Positions 36,231-45,851 of a DNA stretch of 64,000 nt are shown piece after piece; positions within the stretch are counted from its first letter, which is position 1, and each line of letters begins with the position of its first letter. The stretch comes from a virus. The notes below the pieces were generated by a model. The model saw only the letters and a list, made by a program, of their open reading frames with translations, searched no databases and had not been told where the DNA came from. The translations under genes were made by a program, and so were the position numbers. Where the stretch lies: positions 1 through 64,000 of IMG/VR virus record IMGVR_UViG_3300028920_000027; one strand, given 5' to 3'.

Positions 36231-36745
36231 CAGAGCCTCGTTTGAACGGTCAAGAAGTTCTCAGTCAAGGCACTGGGAGCCTGCATAACGGTGCCAATAA
36301 TCTGCGAAGGGGCACGCCCGTCACCGCTCGCGGTCCACTCGTCCTCGTTGGTCCACAGCCCGTTGAGGCTGAAATAGAGAAGATCCCGCACGTTATAGGT
36401 GATCGGCACAAGGGGCCCGCTCTGCCGGCTCGCGTAGGTGTAGGTCTCGAACGTACGCGTGGAGAAAATCCAGCCCCCAAACCCCACAACCCCAAACCGG
36501 TAATGAGGCTGGTTGCGAGTGAGTGCCGTGTACTCATCACTGTCCTCGTCGGAGCCCCAAAGCATGAACCCGTTAGGGGTCCCGTCGGAGAAATCCACGG
36601 ACATCTCGTCGCGACCGTTGTCGAACCACCGCACACAACGACCCCCTACCCACCCTTGAGTTGCCATCCGCTCAGACACGGTAAAAGCGTTGGCATCCCC
36701 CTTCTTGAAGACCACCACGTCCCGAGTGCGGAAGATCTCAGACAT
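36230..36745 (-). CDS. Decoration-protein-like paralog 2
   Basis: ITYNVRDLLYFSLNGLWTN aligns with LTYTAGDRLYASVNGLLTN of 25779-26408. Confidence 0.7.
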   Translation of the reverse strand: MSEIFRTRDVVVFKKGDANAFTVSERMATQGWVGGRCVRWFDNGRDEMSVDFSDGTPNGFMLWGSDEDSDEYTALTRNQPHYRFGVVGFGGWIFSTRTFETYTYASRQSGPLVPITYNVRDLLYFSLNGLWTNEDEWTASGDGRAPSQIIGTVMQAPSALTENFLTVQTRL

Positions 36746-37007
36746 CAATGGGCTCTCCTTCCCCAGGCTTCGTCATCCGCCGGCCCTTCATGCGCTTCCC
36801 CCATGCTTTGACCAATCGAGATAGCAAAGAGACATGTCGAGGGTCCCCTGAGACCACCTTTTCCCAATGCCCTCCCAACCGACGGAAGACTCGCCGGATC
36901 ACGAGGTAGTCCCCCTTGAGCAGGGCACACTTCTCGCCGACGCTGTTGTCCACAAACTGTCGGATGGCACGGTTGGCGAACGCGAGGGGTTCGGGCCGAC
37001 GATCCAT
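36738..37007 (-). CDS. Small basic hypothetical protein
   Basis: ATG overlaps the terminase stop (TGATG); 89 aa. Confidence 0.65.
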   Translation of the reverse strand: MDRRPEPLAFANRAIRQFVDNSVGEKCALLKGDYLVIRRVFRRLGGHWEKVVSGDPRHVSLLSRLVKAWGKRMKGRRMTKPGEGEPIDV

Positions 37008-40000
37008 CAACGCACTCTCCTAAGTCGGCTGGTCACGCGAGAAACGCTGCGGTGTTGGATGGATCGCCGCGTCTGATAGGTCCTAGTGGAGGCACCCGTT
37101 GAAGCATGGGGACGGTAGACTCCGCCGGTCGAAGTGACGGTCTTCTGATTCAGCATGGCTTCGGTACTCAGCCATACCGCGCGCACGAAAGCATCCGCCA
37201 TGTCATCGTGGGCTCCGGCCTTCTGAGGGGCTTCGACCAAGACAATGTTCTTGCTCACTACCCGGCGCTGAAGACTCAAAAGTTCAGCAATGAAGGGGGA
37301 ATGCTTCACGGCGCCGTGCTCCGGAATCGGCCAGTCGTAGAGCACAAGACGCTCGTCGTACATCATCATCTTTGCGTTCTGATAGATCTTCGAGGTCATG
37401 TCGCGGGTGAAGAACTCGCTACGGAACTGCCTCAGCCCTCGCTTAACGAGCGATTGCTCCAAAGGGATGCCGTTCCAACGGTCGAACATCCCCGCGGTGG
37501 TGTGGAACCGTCGGCACAAGGCCACCACCCAATCGCTGATGGCATCGAAGTCGAGACGAGCCTCATCCTCCAACGTCTTGGCGTAGACGATCGGGTACTC
37601 TTCCCCCAAGTGGGGGTTGGTCTTACGCCAATTCTGCCCTGCGTACCAAGCTTCATGGTAGTCGAGCACGATGCGATCATTGTCGACGTGCGTGATGAAA
37701 ACCGACGTACCATCGCCCGCAAGACCGACGTCAATACCCATTTGGTGAGGCATCTTGGGGCGAGCCCGCATGACGGGGCGCCCCGCGGAGACAATGCACG
37801 CCTGGAGATCTTCAGCACGCTCCACCCACCCTTGAGCCTGATCGCTGAACTGGGCCCCATGTTCGGTGACAAACGTGGTCGGATCCGCGTGGTACTTCTG
37901 CTTGTAGTAGCTTGGGGGGACCGTCGGGTTGATTTCCCAAGTCGGCGCCTGAATGGCCAGGAGGTTCTCACTACCCTCACCCCCGTGCATCGCGAGGTCA
38001 AACAGCTCGAAAAACTTGCCACTGCGGCCCAGCGGGCTGGAGATGAGAATGATGCGTGATTCGACGGGGGCCCGCTCCCCTGTCACCTGGTCGACTATTG
38101 GAAGGCCGTTACGAGGGTCCTTGCGCGAGAACGCAGCCGTGGACGGAGTTACCGCGTCATAGATCTCCTTCGCCGAGCTAAGGCCCTTGTCCTTGAAGTG
38201 GGCCACTTCGTCGAGGATGACGACAACGTTACCCGAACCACGAAGGCCCTTGGCAATACATGACTTGAAGGTGACCCTCAACGTTGCCTTACCGTTGAGG
38301 GTCGTGAACTTGCCCGCGTCGGTCCGCAGCGTGGGCCCGAACTTGTCGATGTCGTAGGGCGTGCGGAAGTTGACGTGGCTCAAAGTATTGTTGCCAATGT
38401 AGGGTTGGAAGTAGTCACACTTGGCAACATGTGTCGTCACTTCATTGTAGAGCAAAGACGCCTGGTCCTTGTCGGTCGCGACGCTGATGATCTGGATGCG
38501 GTTGCCGTTCGGCAAACCGTAGTACTCCTGGGGGTTGTGCAAGTTGAGTAGGCGGTAGACTTCGTAGCTGGCGAAGATGCCAGAGAGTGTCGTGTTGTGG
38601 TTGGTGAGGCCGTTTGCCACGAACGATGCACCCTCAGGAACGGTCAAGTCATATACTTGGTGCTCTCCTACAGCCAACTCCGCGACGGGATCGTAGAAAT
38701 AGTCAAGCTCCAGAAGATGTTCGAAATGTGCTCGTTCCTTCGCCGCGACACCAAGCTCTGAAGCTACCGCCAGAGCCTTCTTGAGGCGTGGGTAGGACAG
38801 TTTCTCCTCAGACCCTGGCTTACAGGAGTTTCCAAACGCCTGTCTCAGACGACTACGCCCCCACCCTTTCTCACCACGTGCCGGATTACGCTTGGGCACA
38901 GCTTCCAAGAGATTCCTGACGTGCCTATACTGATGAGGTAGGCTTTCTGTGTCGGACTTGCCCTCCTGAGCCGTCTCCAGAGCCGCCAACAAGGGGGCTT
39001 GCTTCTTCTCTGAATCAAAGCCTATGTGCTTGGCAAACAACTGCCGGGACCGAACACCCTTCAGACTGAGGTTGGCGTAGTGCCGTCGGGTCTTCTTGCT
39101 CCACTTCTTCGCGACGTTGGAGACGATGCCTAGGTTGAGCAGCAAAGTTTGAACGTCAGAGGCCAAGTCGAAGCTCGCCGTTGAGAGCGTAATGTAACAC
39201 CCCCCACCCTCAGCAGAACCGTCTGTTTCGAAGAGGCCTCGAAGAAACGCGCAGACCACTCTCTTAGGGGACCTGAAGATTGCCCAAGGGACTCTCTTAC
39301 CGTAGCGCCCCAGATCGTGGGACCAGCCGAGGTCATGAAGGAACTGACGTGCTCCCACACCGGGGAACTCTAGTCGCCCTGTGTTCTGAGTGCGCTTGTC
39401 CATCTGGACGCGCCAAGACCCAAAAAGGCGCTCAAATAGGGCCTTCAGATAGGACCAGATCTCGTCGTGCTCGACAGTGACAGCAACGCCTTGGGTGTGC
39501 CCCCAAGATCCATCACCCACGAGATACCCCAATAGATTCCCCCAGGACTCGTCGAGGGTATCCGGAAATTGAACGTCTTTGCACCCACGGTCGTTATGGA
39601 AGGGCCGCACATCGAGCGGTTCTGAAGCCCACAAGTCGGTGCCCCGATGCACTGCTAGGAAGTCACCGAGCTGAAGCTCGTCCAGATAACGCCAGGCTAC
39701 GACCCCATCCGAAGTCATGACCTTCACTCGATGGTTGCCTGTACCCGTGATGGCGTACCCAGAAGCGGTCCGTGCCGTCACGGTTGGTTTCACGCCCCCA
39801 TTATAAAAATGAGATGAGCGTGCCTTGACGGTTCCTTCCTGGGCGACACCAACATCAAGTTCGCTGAATTCTTCCTCAGGAGCCCCCCCAAGAGCTTCGA
39901 TAGGGAAAAGACCCTTGTCCGTGAGGATCAGGGTGCCTCCTTCAACGCACTTTCCCGCACGCCTCCCAATGGGTAGAATCAGCTCGCGGCGCGGGTGGTC

Positions 40001-40351
40001 CTGCTCCCCAATATTGCACCGACCCTCATTGTACAAGTAGCGCAGGTACTCGACCTCGGTGAACTCGTAGAGGACCTTGGTGTTGAACATGTCCGTGACC
40101 CGGATGCGGCGATCCGGGTCTTCGGGCAGCTCGCCATCAAGCTCCAGGTAATAGTAGAGCTTGACGATGAACCGTTGCGCGGGGAATAGGCGCATCCCCA
40201 AGCCCCACGGGGACTCAATGTAGTCGAGAATGGTACAGGTCTGAGCGCGGCCATCTTCCTCGACTTGACCCGCTGCCTTCTGCTCTTCCTTGACCTGCTG
40301 ACCAGCTTTTCTGACCAGCTCAGAGAGGTCGGGCCCCCTGGATGCTGCCAA
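37007..40351 (-). CDS. terL: Terminase large subunit with intein
   Basis: Walker A IGRRAGK|TT split by an intein; Walker B VVILDEVAH; ISSP coupling motif; nuclease GIDVGLAGD and HDDMADA. Confidence 0.95.
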   Translation of the reverse strand: MAASRGPDLSELVRKAGQQVKEEQKAAGQVEEDGRAQTCTILDYIESPWGLGMRLFPAQRFIVKLYYYLELDGELPEDPDRRIRVTDMFNTKVLYEFTEVEYLRYLYNEGRCNIGEQDHPRRELILPIGRRAGKCVEGGTLILTDKGLFPIEALGGAPEEEFSELDVGVAQEGTVKARSSHFYNGGVKPTVTARTASGYAITGTGNHRVKVMTSDGVVAWRYLDELQLGDFLAVHRGTDLWASEPLDVRPFHNDRGCKDVQFPDTLDESWGNLLGYLVGDGSWGHTQGVAVTVEHDEIWSYLKALFERLFGSWRVQMDKRTQNTGRLEFPGVGARQFLHDLGWSHDLGRYGKRVPWAIFRSPKRVVCAFLRGLFETDGSAEGGGCYITLSTASFDLASDVQTLLLNLGIVSNVAKKWSKKTRRHYANLSLKGVRSRQLFAKHIGFDSEKKQAPLLAALETAQEGKSDTESLPHQYRHVRNLLEAVPKRNPARGEKGWGRSRLRQAFGNSCKPGSEEKLSYPRLKKALAVASELGVAAKERAHFEHLLELDYFYDPVAELAVGEHQVYDLTVPEGASFVANGLTNHNTTLSGIFASYEVYRLLNLHNPQEYYGLPNGNRIQIISVATDKDQASLLYNEVTTHVAKCDYFQPYIGNNTLSHVNFRTPYDIDKFGPTLRTDAGKFTTLNGKATLRVTFKSCIAKGLRGSGNVVVILDEVAHFKDKGLSSAKEIYDAVTPSTAAFSRKDPRNGLPIVDQVTGERAPVESRIILISSPLGRSGKFFELFDLAMHGGEGSENLLAIQAPTWEINPTVPPSYYKQKYHADPTTFVTEHGAQFSDQAQGWVERAEDLQACIVSAGRPVMRARPKMPHQMGIDVGLAGDGTSVFITHVDNDRIVLDYHEAWYAGQNWRKTNPHLGEEYPIVYAKTLEDEARLDFDAISDWVVALCRRFHTTAGMFDRWNGIPLEQSLVKRGLRQFRSEFFTRDMTSKIYQNAKMMMYDERLVLYDWPIPEHGAVKHSPFIAELLSLQRRVVSKNIVLVEAPQKAGAHDDMADAFVRAVWLSTEAMLNQKTVTSTGGVYRPHASTGASTRTYQTRRSIQHRSVSRVTSRLRRVR
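38594..39949 (-). mobile_element. Intein with LAGLIDADG endonuclease in TerL (452 aa)
   Basis: Starts CVEGGT (aa 135), block B TGNHR, LLGYLVGDG and FLRGLFETDG, ends NHN before Thr. Confidence 0.95.
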
Positions 40352-40354
40352 GGG

Positions 40355-40954
40355 TCACCTCAATTCGTTGGCAGCCTTCTCCTCCCAACCATTGGTGAGA
40401 GTAACCAGCTTGTTGAAGAACACGTCTGCCACCTCAGCCGGCAAAACTATGGCGGCCTCTTGCACCATCGCAATCCAGAGCGCGAAGATCTTCTGCATCT
40501 GCTCACTCTTGAGGTCGATGACACTGGAGGAAAGACGCTTCAGCTCCAGCTCCATATTAGCCACTTCTTTGAGAGCCGTGATGCGGGCCTTGGACACCGC
40601 GGAGGTATCCTTGCCGTACTTGCTCTGCTCGACCCGTTCGAACTCCAGGGCGGCGGCCTCGCGGGCAATCTCCGCTTGGATTCGACGCAAAACCTCGGCG
40701 GCGTCTTTGCGCTGATCCGTAGCGCGAACGACCTCATCATCCTCGACGTGGACGGCCTTCCGCTTGATGGTCTCTGCGTGGTATTCCAAGTCGCTCTTCG
40801 AGGGTTTCGGGTGAACCTTCTTGGGACGTCCTGGCGCGCGCTTGATGTCCGACTTCTCGACCGCGGCCGAGCCAGTCGCAGCATGCAGCGGTACCACGTT
40901 CGCTTGGCGCTCGGCCTTTGCAACACGGTCAACGCGGTCGTTGGAGTCACTCAT
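40355..40954 (-). CDS. Candidate terminase small subunit
   Basis: 199 aa, helical, immediately upstream of terL; call is positional only. Confidence 0.45.
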   Translation of the reverse strand: MSDSNDRVDRVAKAERQANVVPLHAATGSAAVEKSDIKRAPGRPKKVHPKPSKSDLEYHAETIKRKAVHVEDDEVVRATDQRKDAAEVLRRIQAEIAREAAALEFERVEQSKYGKDTSAVSKARITALKEVANMELELKRLSSSVIDLKSEQMQKIFALWIAMVQEAAIVLPAEVADVFFNKLVTLTNGWEEKAANELR

Positions 40955-41379
40955 GGCTTTGATCCTTGTGGAGGGGTGTCACCACCCCCTTCGGTCCTGA
41001 TCAAATACTGGGACAGGTTTCTCACCGTGGCAAATCCCCTGTCATCTTTGATCCTGACGTCTACCTTCCCTGATTGGTTGTCCCGACCCGTCTCAGCGAA
41101 GTTGCGCACCCCTGCGTTCTCAGGGGTCAATTTGAATACATCCTGTGGTCGGATGTCTCGACGGTCAGCCTTAGCCCCATCTTCTTTTGGCGGTTGCTCC
41201 TTCCCCTCTTGCTTCTGAATCTTGGTCGGCACGTTGAGCAGACGGTTGACGGGAGTCACGTTCTCCCGGACCTTCCGCCGACTCCCAGGTGCCTGGCCCG
41301 CTGCACGGGCAACAAATCGAGCCGCAATATCTGCCCGATAGCGGGCAGCAACTCGAAAAGCGATCGAGCGGTCCGTCAC
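40951..41379 (-). CDS. Basic hypothetical protein
   Basis: 142 aa; RVAARY motif; overlaps both neighbours by 4 nt. Confidence 0.7.
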   Translation of the reverse strand: MTDRSIAFRVAARYRADIAARFVARAAGQAPGSRRKVRENVTPVNRLLNVPTKIQKQEGKEQPPKEDGAKADRRDIRPQDVFKLTPENAGVRNFAETGRDNQSGKVDVRIKDDRGFATVRNLSQYLIRTEGGGDTPPQGSKP

Positions 41380-43316
41380 AGCTCGATACCTTCCTCCAGG
41401 GCTCCGGCGAACTCGACTGCCAAGGGCTCAACCTCGACCTCAGGGTCGAGCTCGATGTCGAAATCAGCTGTGTGCCGCTGTAGATCCATCTCGGCCATCA
41501 TACTGACCCCATTGTTAACGAGATTCGCGAAGTTGATTTCTGTCGATCTGCCGGATGCCAGAACCGCACGCTGGGCCTCGGCCTTACCCTCCGGGTACTC
41601 CACCTGCTCCACAACGGGCCTGCCAATCGCTCGACATATGCCCTGGTCGTTGCGAAACACACACGATGTGCAGGCGCTCCCGAGCTTCACAAACGGGACC
41701 CCCCGGCTCCGATGTAGGCGTGACGCCTCCTTGCAGCCCCGACCGTAATCGTCGTAAACCGTTGGATCTACATAGTAAATCCCCTGAAGTCCCTGCTCGG
41801 CTATGAACGGTTTGAGCTGGGCGACGGAAGCCATGAGGTCTCGCTTCTCGAAACGACTCTTGAGCGCGGCCATCAGCTCGGCCCCGTAGAGCCCCTCATT
41901 GAGGAAGCGGCGAGCTGTCTTGACGACTTCCCGCACTGTCAACCCGCCGGTCGAATGGGCATGCTCGCCCGCGATGTGGGCGCGCTCCACAAGGGCTCGA
42001 GAAGGGAGGCTTTGGACGGCGCCTGGGTGTCCCGAGGCAGCCTTGTGGATGGCTTGCAATGCCGCCTTAGGGGTCTCGCCCCACTCAACCTGAGAAGCCG
42101 TCCTGGGCAGCGTTCCGACGAGCCTGTGCTCCTCGATCACGGCATTGACTGTGGCGGCAGTTAACACCTCGTCAGGGCTCGCCACCAAGCGCTTGCCGTA
42201 CATCATGCACTGGCCCACCTGGGCGTAGATGCACGAGGCACATTTGGGCCCGGCCACGATTGCACGGGTTTTGCTCCCCCGCCGGGCCAAGAAATCAGCG
42301 CCCTCATGGCAAGAGTCGAACGACTCCTGAGTCGTGTAGACTGTGCCGTACACTCCCGCCTCGCGGAAGAGGGGCTCCCAGTGAGCTCGAGTCTCGTCGA
42401 GCAAATTGCCATCGAAGCTCAACTTCAGTGTCTTCAGGAGTCCCAGCTCGCTCCGGCCCTTGTGCATCTCACGGCGCAAAGTCGCCAAGATAGGGCGAGC
42501 CTTGAGCGCCACGGGGTCATGTACCTTCTTCTTGGTGAGACGGTCCGCGGGCACGACCGCAGCTGCCCGGTTGGGCTGGCCACTGAACTGCCGAGGCTCT
42601 GGGGAGGCATCGTCAAGGAAAGCCGCTCGAATGCGTGCCCGAGGGCCCCCTTCAGTCGCGGCCTTGCCTTGGGACCGCTCGATAGCCACCGCCAGCTCTG
42701 TCGTGTACGGCACCTCGACGACCAGCTCCTTGTTGAAGACGGCGCAGTGATTACCATTGGCGTGGCGGCACTCCTGGCAGGTATCCTTGGCCTTGAGGTA
42801 CGGGGCTTTGCCCGCGAACCGACGGACGAACTCCGCTGCCTCGGGACGCCCAGTGTTACAGGTCGGGAAATCAGCGGCGTCGATGTAGTAGCGCCCCAGG
42901 AGCCCCCGCTCGGCCAAAACCCCCGCCAACGCGCTCTTGACGCTAGCAAGCCGAGATCCGAAACGGGTCCGCAGGGACTCGGCGATCCGCCCCGCGTGGG
43001 TCGTGCGCATCATGGCGAGTCGAGCCCCCCGCAAAATATCGGCGGGTTCGGACCGAAGCGGCCCATGCAGCTGGCTCATGTCACCCATGGTGTGGGGCGC
43101 ACCCGCGTTGGGAATGAGGTAGTTCGTGCTCGGTTGCCCTTCGTGACTCCAAAGAGCCTTCAGGTCCGGCACGACGTCAAGGTTCTGCTTTGGTAGGGTG
43201 TCTTCCTTGCGGTAGACCGACTCGTCGACCATCATCCAGTCGAGGTTGGCAGGAGTCTCTCCGTCCGCAACGGTGGCGTCCTTCATAATGTAGCCGATAT
43301 CGCCAATCTCGCTCAT
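41376..43316 (-). CDS. Hypothetical protein with three Cys4 repeat modules
   Basis: 646 aa; three ExGxxGxxY...C...CxxC-x7/8-C modules. Confidence 0.8.
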   Translation of the reverse strand: MSEIGDIGYIMKDATVADGETPANLDWMMVDESVYRKEDTLPKQNLDVVPDLKALWSHEGQPSTNYLIPNAGAPHTMGDMSQLHGPLRSEPADILRGARLAMMRTTHAGRIAESLRTRFGSRLASVKSALAGVLAERGLLGRYYIDAADFPTCNTGRPEAAEFVRRFAGKAPYLKAKDTCQECRHANGNHCAVFNKELVVEVPYTTELAVAIERSQGKAATEGGPRARIRAAFLDDASPEPRQFSGQPNRAAAVVPADRLTKKKVHDPVALKARPILATLRREMHKGRSELGLLKTLKLSFDGNLLDETRAHWEPLFREAGVYGTVYTTQESFDSCHEGADFLARRGSKTRAIVAGPKCASCIYAQVGQCMMYGKRLVASPDEVLTAATVNAVIEEHRLVGTLPRTASQVEWGETPKAALQAIHKAASGHPGAVQSLPSRALVERAHIAGEHAHSTGGLTVREVVKTARRFLNEGLYGAELMAALKSRFEKRDLMASVAQLKPFIAEQGLQGIYYVDPTVYDDYGRGCKEASRLHRSRGVPFVKLGSACTSCVFRNDQGICRAIGRPVVEQVEYPEGKAEAQRAVLASGRSTEINFANLVNNGVSMMAEMDLQRHTADFDIELDPEVEVEPLAVEFAGALEEGIEL

Positions 43317-44629
43317 TGGTAAATGTCCTTCTGGGGATCATGGACGGGCCCTCGTCGATGCTGGGGCGTCGAGTAGTCGTAGCGCACGTAACCGGTTGCA
43401 GCGTCCTCACCAAGGGCGTGGGTGTCGTGCAGCTCCGTGACGTTGGTCTCCTGCCAAACTTGCTCTTCCCCTGGTAGCTCAGATGAAGCCAAGGGCGTAT
43501 TGACGAGACTGCCCCGGTCTCCCTCGAAGTAGTCACTGCGAGCCACAGGCTCCTCAAAGTCTCCCGGAAGCTCACTGGCACTTTGGCGGTTGATGTTCAG
43601 CTCCACCGCGGGCGTCGTGTCTTCGATGAAGAGCGAGGCGTCCTCCTTGGGAAGGCTCTCCTGGGGATTCTCTACACCCTGACCCTTGGCGCCAAAGCCA
43701 AGACCGAAGTCATACCCTTCGGTGGGAGTACCATCGGTGGGGAGCGCGCTGGCTGCCAGGGCGTCGATGGCTTCCCCCCGCCCCATCGCCAGCAAGTCGG
43801 CCATGGTAGGGAGCCGTGCGAACCGTCGGAGGTCACCCCCATCCGAAACCTCTCGCTTCTTGACGAGCTGAGGGTCCTCATCGTTATAGGAACCGTAGGG
43901 ACCCTCACCCGTCGCCGGACCACGTTCATCTACGCGAGGGCCGCCGCTATCGTCCACGGTCGTCGAGGGTACGCTCGCCACCTTTACCCCCAAGTCGTCT
44001 TGAGAAGGTGTGTCCTGGGGGTTTAGGCTGCCCCCATCAGGTAACTTGGACCCCCCACCCTCTCGAGGATCCCTCAACCCTCCAGGACCGTCGTTCTCTT
44101 CCTCGATGTCCTTGATGCGCTGCTCGGCCTCGGCCTCGGGCTGCTCCATCACCTCTGCTGACTCCTCGACGAAACGCTGGATGTCCTCGACGGTATTGGA
44201 GTCGAGCTGGGAAAGCTTGGGCTGCCAGTGAGGCGCCTGGATCTCGTCGTAGAGCGTGTCAGCGATGGCGCTCAAAGCCTCGCTCGCCTCCCAAAGCTTC
44301 TTGCGGGTGTCGGCGATGCTCATGACGTAGCCGCGTCCTCCAAGGAGACCATCAGGACTGATGGTTGTGCTCTTGATGCGACTCAAGTGTCGGTGTGCCG
44401 TGAGCGCGTGTCCAAGCGCCACACTACACGCGAACAATGCCTTGCTGAGCGGCTTGAGGGCCTTGGGGTCAAAACCGTGATCCTTGGGAATGTCGCGCTT
44501 CTGGCTGCCCGCGTTCTGGTCGAATTGAGGGGGCACCTGCCCCTTCATAGATGGGGGTGCGCCCGCAGCGGTCTTGGGGCGCTCGCCTCGTGCATACCGT
44601 GCTGCCACCTTTCGTGCCACATCGCCCAT
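43313..44629 (-). CDS. Hypothetical head-module protein
   Basis: 438 aa; RKVAARY start, helical middle, acidic disordered C-terminus. Confidence 0.75.
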   Translation of the reverse strand: MGDVARKVAARYARGERPKTAAGAPPSMKGQVPPQFDQNAGSQKRDIPKDHGFDPKALKPLSKALFACSVALGHALTAHRHLSRIKSTTISPDGLLGGRGYVMSIADTRKKLWEASEALSAIADTLYDEIQAPHWQPKLSQLDSNTVEDIQRFVEESAEVMEQPEAEAEQRIKDIEEENDGPGGLRDPREGGGSKLPDGGSLNPQDTPSQDDLGVKVASVPSTTVDDSGGPRVDERGPATGEGPYGSYNDEDPQLVKKREVSDGGDLRRFARLPTMADLLAMGRGEAIDALAASALPTDGTPTEGYDFGLGFGAKGQGVENPQESLPKEDASLFIEDTTPAVELNINRQSASELPGDFEEPVARSDYFEGDRGSLVNTPLASSELPGEEQVWQETNVTELHDTHALGEDAATGYVRYDYSTPQHRRGPVHDPQKDIYQ

Positions 44630-44634
44630 CGAAT

Positions 44635-44922
44635 TTAACCCTTCAGGGGGTCTCCCCCATCCTCGAACAGACGCTCGATATAATAGTTACCGCCGTCCTG
44701 TCGAAGGGCCCACAGGTCACGGGTGCTCTTGTTGACCAAGGTCTCAGCGCTCTGACGCTCAAACTCTTTTAGGTCCGCCAAGGACGCAACCTTGACACGG
44801 GCAGAAGCCGTCCGCGGGGGGGTCTGTCCCACGGGAGTGACCACCTCAGGTTCACGAGCGAAGAAGCCGTCCAGACCTCCGCCAGTGCTGATTTCCATTC
44901 CTTTGAACTCGAAGTCGTGCAT
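44635..44922 (-). CDS. Small hypothetical protein
   Basis: 95 aa; RTAS and KVAS motifs; tightly packed. Confidence 0.75.
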   Translation of the reverse strand: MHDFEFKGMEISTGGGLDGFFAREPEVVTPVGQTPPRTASARVKVASLADLKEFERQSAETLVNKSTRDLWALRQDGGNYYIERLFEDGGDPLKG

Positions 44923-44929
44923 GGTTCTC

Positions 44930-45835
44930 TCACTGGGTGATAGTCAAGCGGATGGTGACCTCTTCATAGTTGGACTCACTGTAACCGCTGACCCTCAAGG
45001 TTTCCTCGTAGGTCCCCACAACCATGCCAGCATCAGGTGCAACGTTGACGGTGACCATATCGGACGCACCCGAATTCAAGGAACCCGCGACAGGACCGAA
45101 GGACTTGAGCCACTCAATCGAACACCCCACACGCTGAATCTGGTAGTTTAGAACGGAGCCCGCGGGCCCTGTGTTCTCGACCGAGAAGCTCTGGGTGGGG
45201 GTGAGGGGGAAATCCCCAGTGAGAGGCTTGGCGGCCGTAAAGTTGAGGATCAATGGGGTCAGCGTAATAGCCGACTTGGGTCGGATGACGATGGTAACCG
45301 GAACTGTCTGGGGAGAGTTGTCTGCGTTGGGATCACTGATGGTGATGACTTCCACCATAGGACTATCCACCGCCAGCAGGTTGGTGGAGTTGACTGTCGC
45401 CTCAAACGAGCCCGCCTGGTTGAAAGCGAGACCCACGAGCTGCACAGGGTCAGTCTTCACGTAGTCCGCGCTCGTCGCAAGAGCGGCGCTCAGCTGCGAT
45501 CCGTAGACGCCGCCGTTGGTGACCACCACCGTCTGCGGATCGCTGAACCCACGGCCCTCGTCGACCTCGAACGTGAGGGATGTTGGCGGGCCCACCAGGA
45601 TGCTCGCCGGGAAATTGGCGCGGATCTCGGAGATACTGGTCGCCATGGCCTCAATCACACCACCAGGGATCGGCACCGAGTCACGCAGGATGCCATAGGG
45701 ACCGACGACGTCGAGGATACGAAAAACCGCCACCGCACCCGAGATGTCGTACTGAGTGGTCCACTTCCACCGCCCAGTCTGCGTGTCGAGCTGGAACTCG
45801 TAGTTTTGGGACTGGAGATTCGAGGCTAGAGTCAT
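44930..45835 (-). CDS. Tandem Ig-like (BACON-like) domain protein
   Basis: Start MTLASN at 45835; two ~100-aa beta-sandwich repeats (TVVVTNGG / SFSVENTG; WLK...GSLNSGASDMVTVNV). Confidence 0.7.
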   Translation of the reverse strand: MTLASNLQSQNYEFQLDTQTGRWKWTTQYDISGAVAVFRILDVVGPYGILRDSVPIPGGVIEAMATSISEIRANFPASILVGPPTSLTFEVDEGRGFSDPQTVVVTNGGVYGSQLSAALATSADYVKTDPVQLVGLAFNQAGSFEATVNSTNLLAVDSPMVEVITISDPNADNSPQTVPVTIVIRPKSAITLTPLILNFTAAKPLTGDFPLTPTQSFSVENTGPAGSVLNYQIQRVGCSIEWLKSFGPVAGSLNSGASDMVTVNVAPDAGMVVGTYEETLRVSGYSESNYEEVTIRLTITQ

Positions 45836-45851
45836 CCACCGGAGACGGGGC

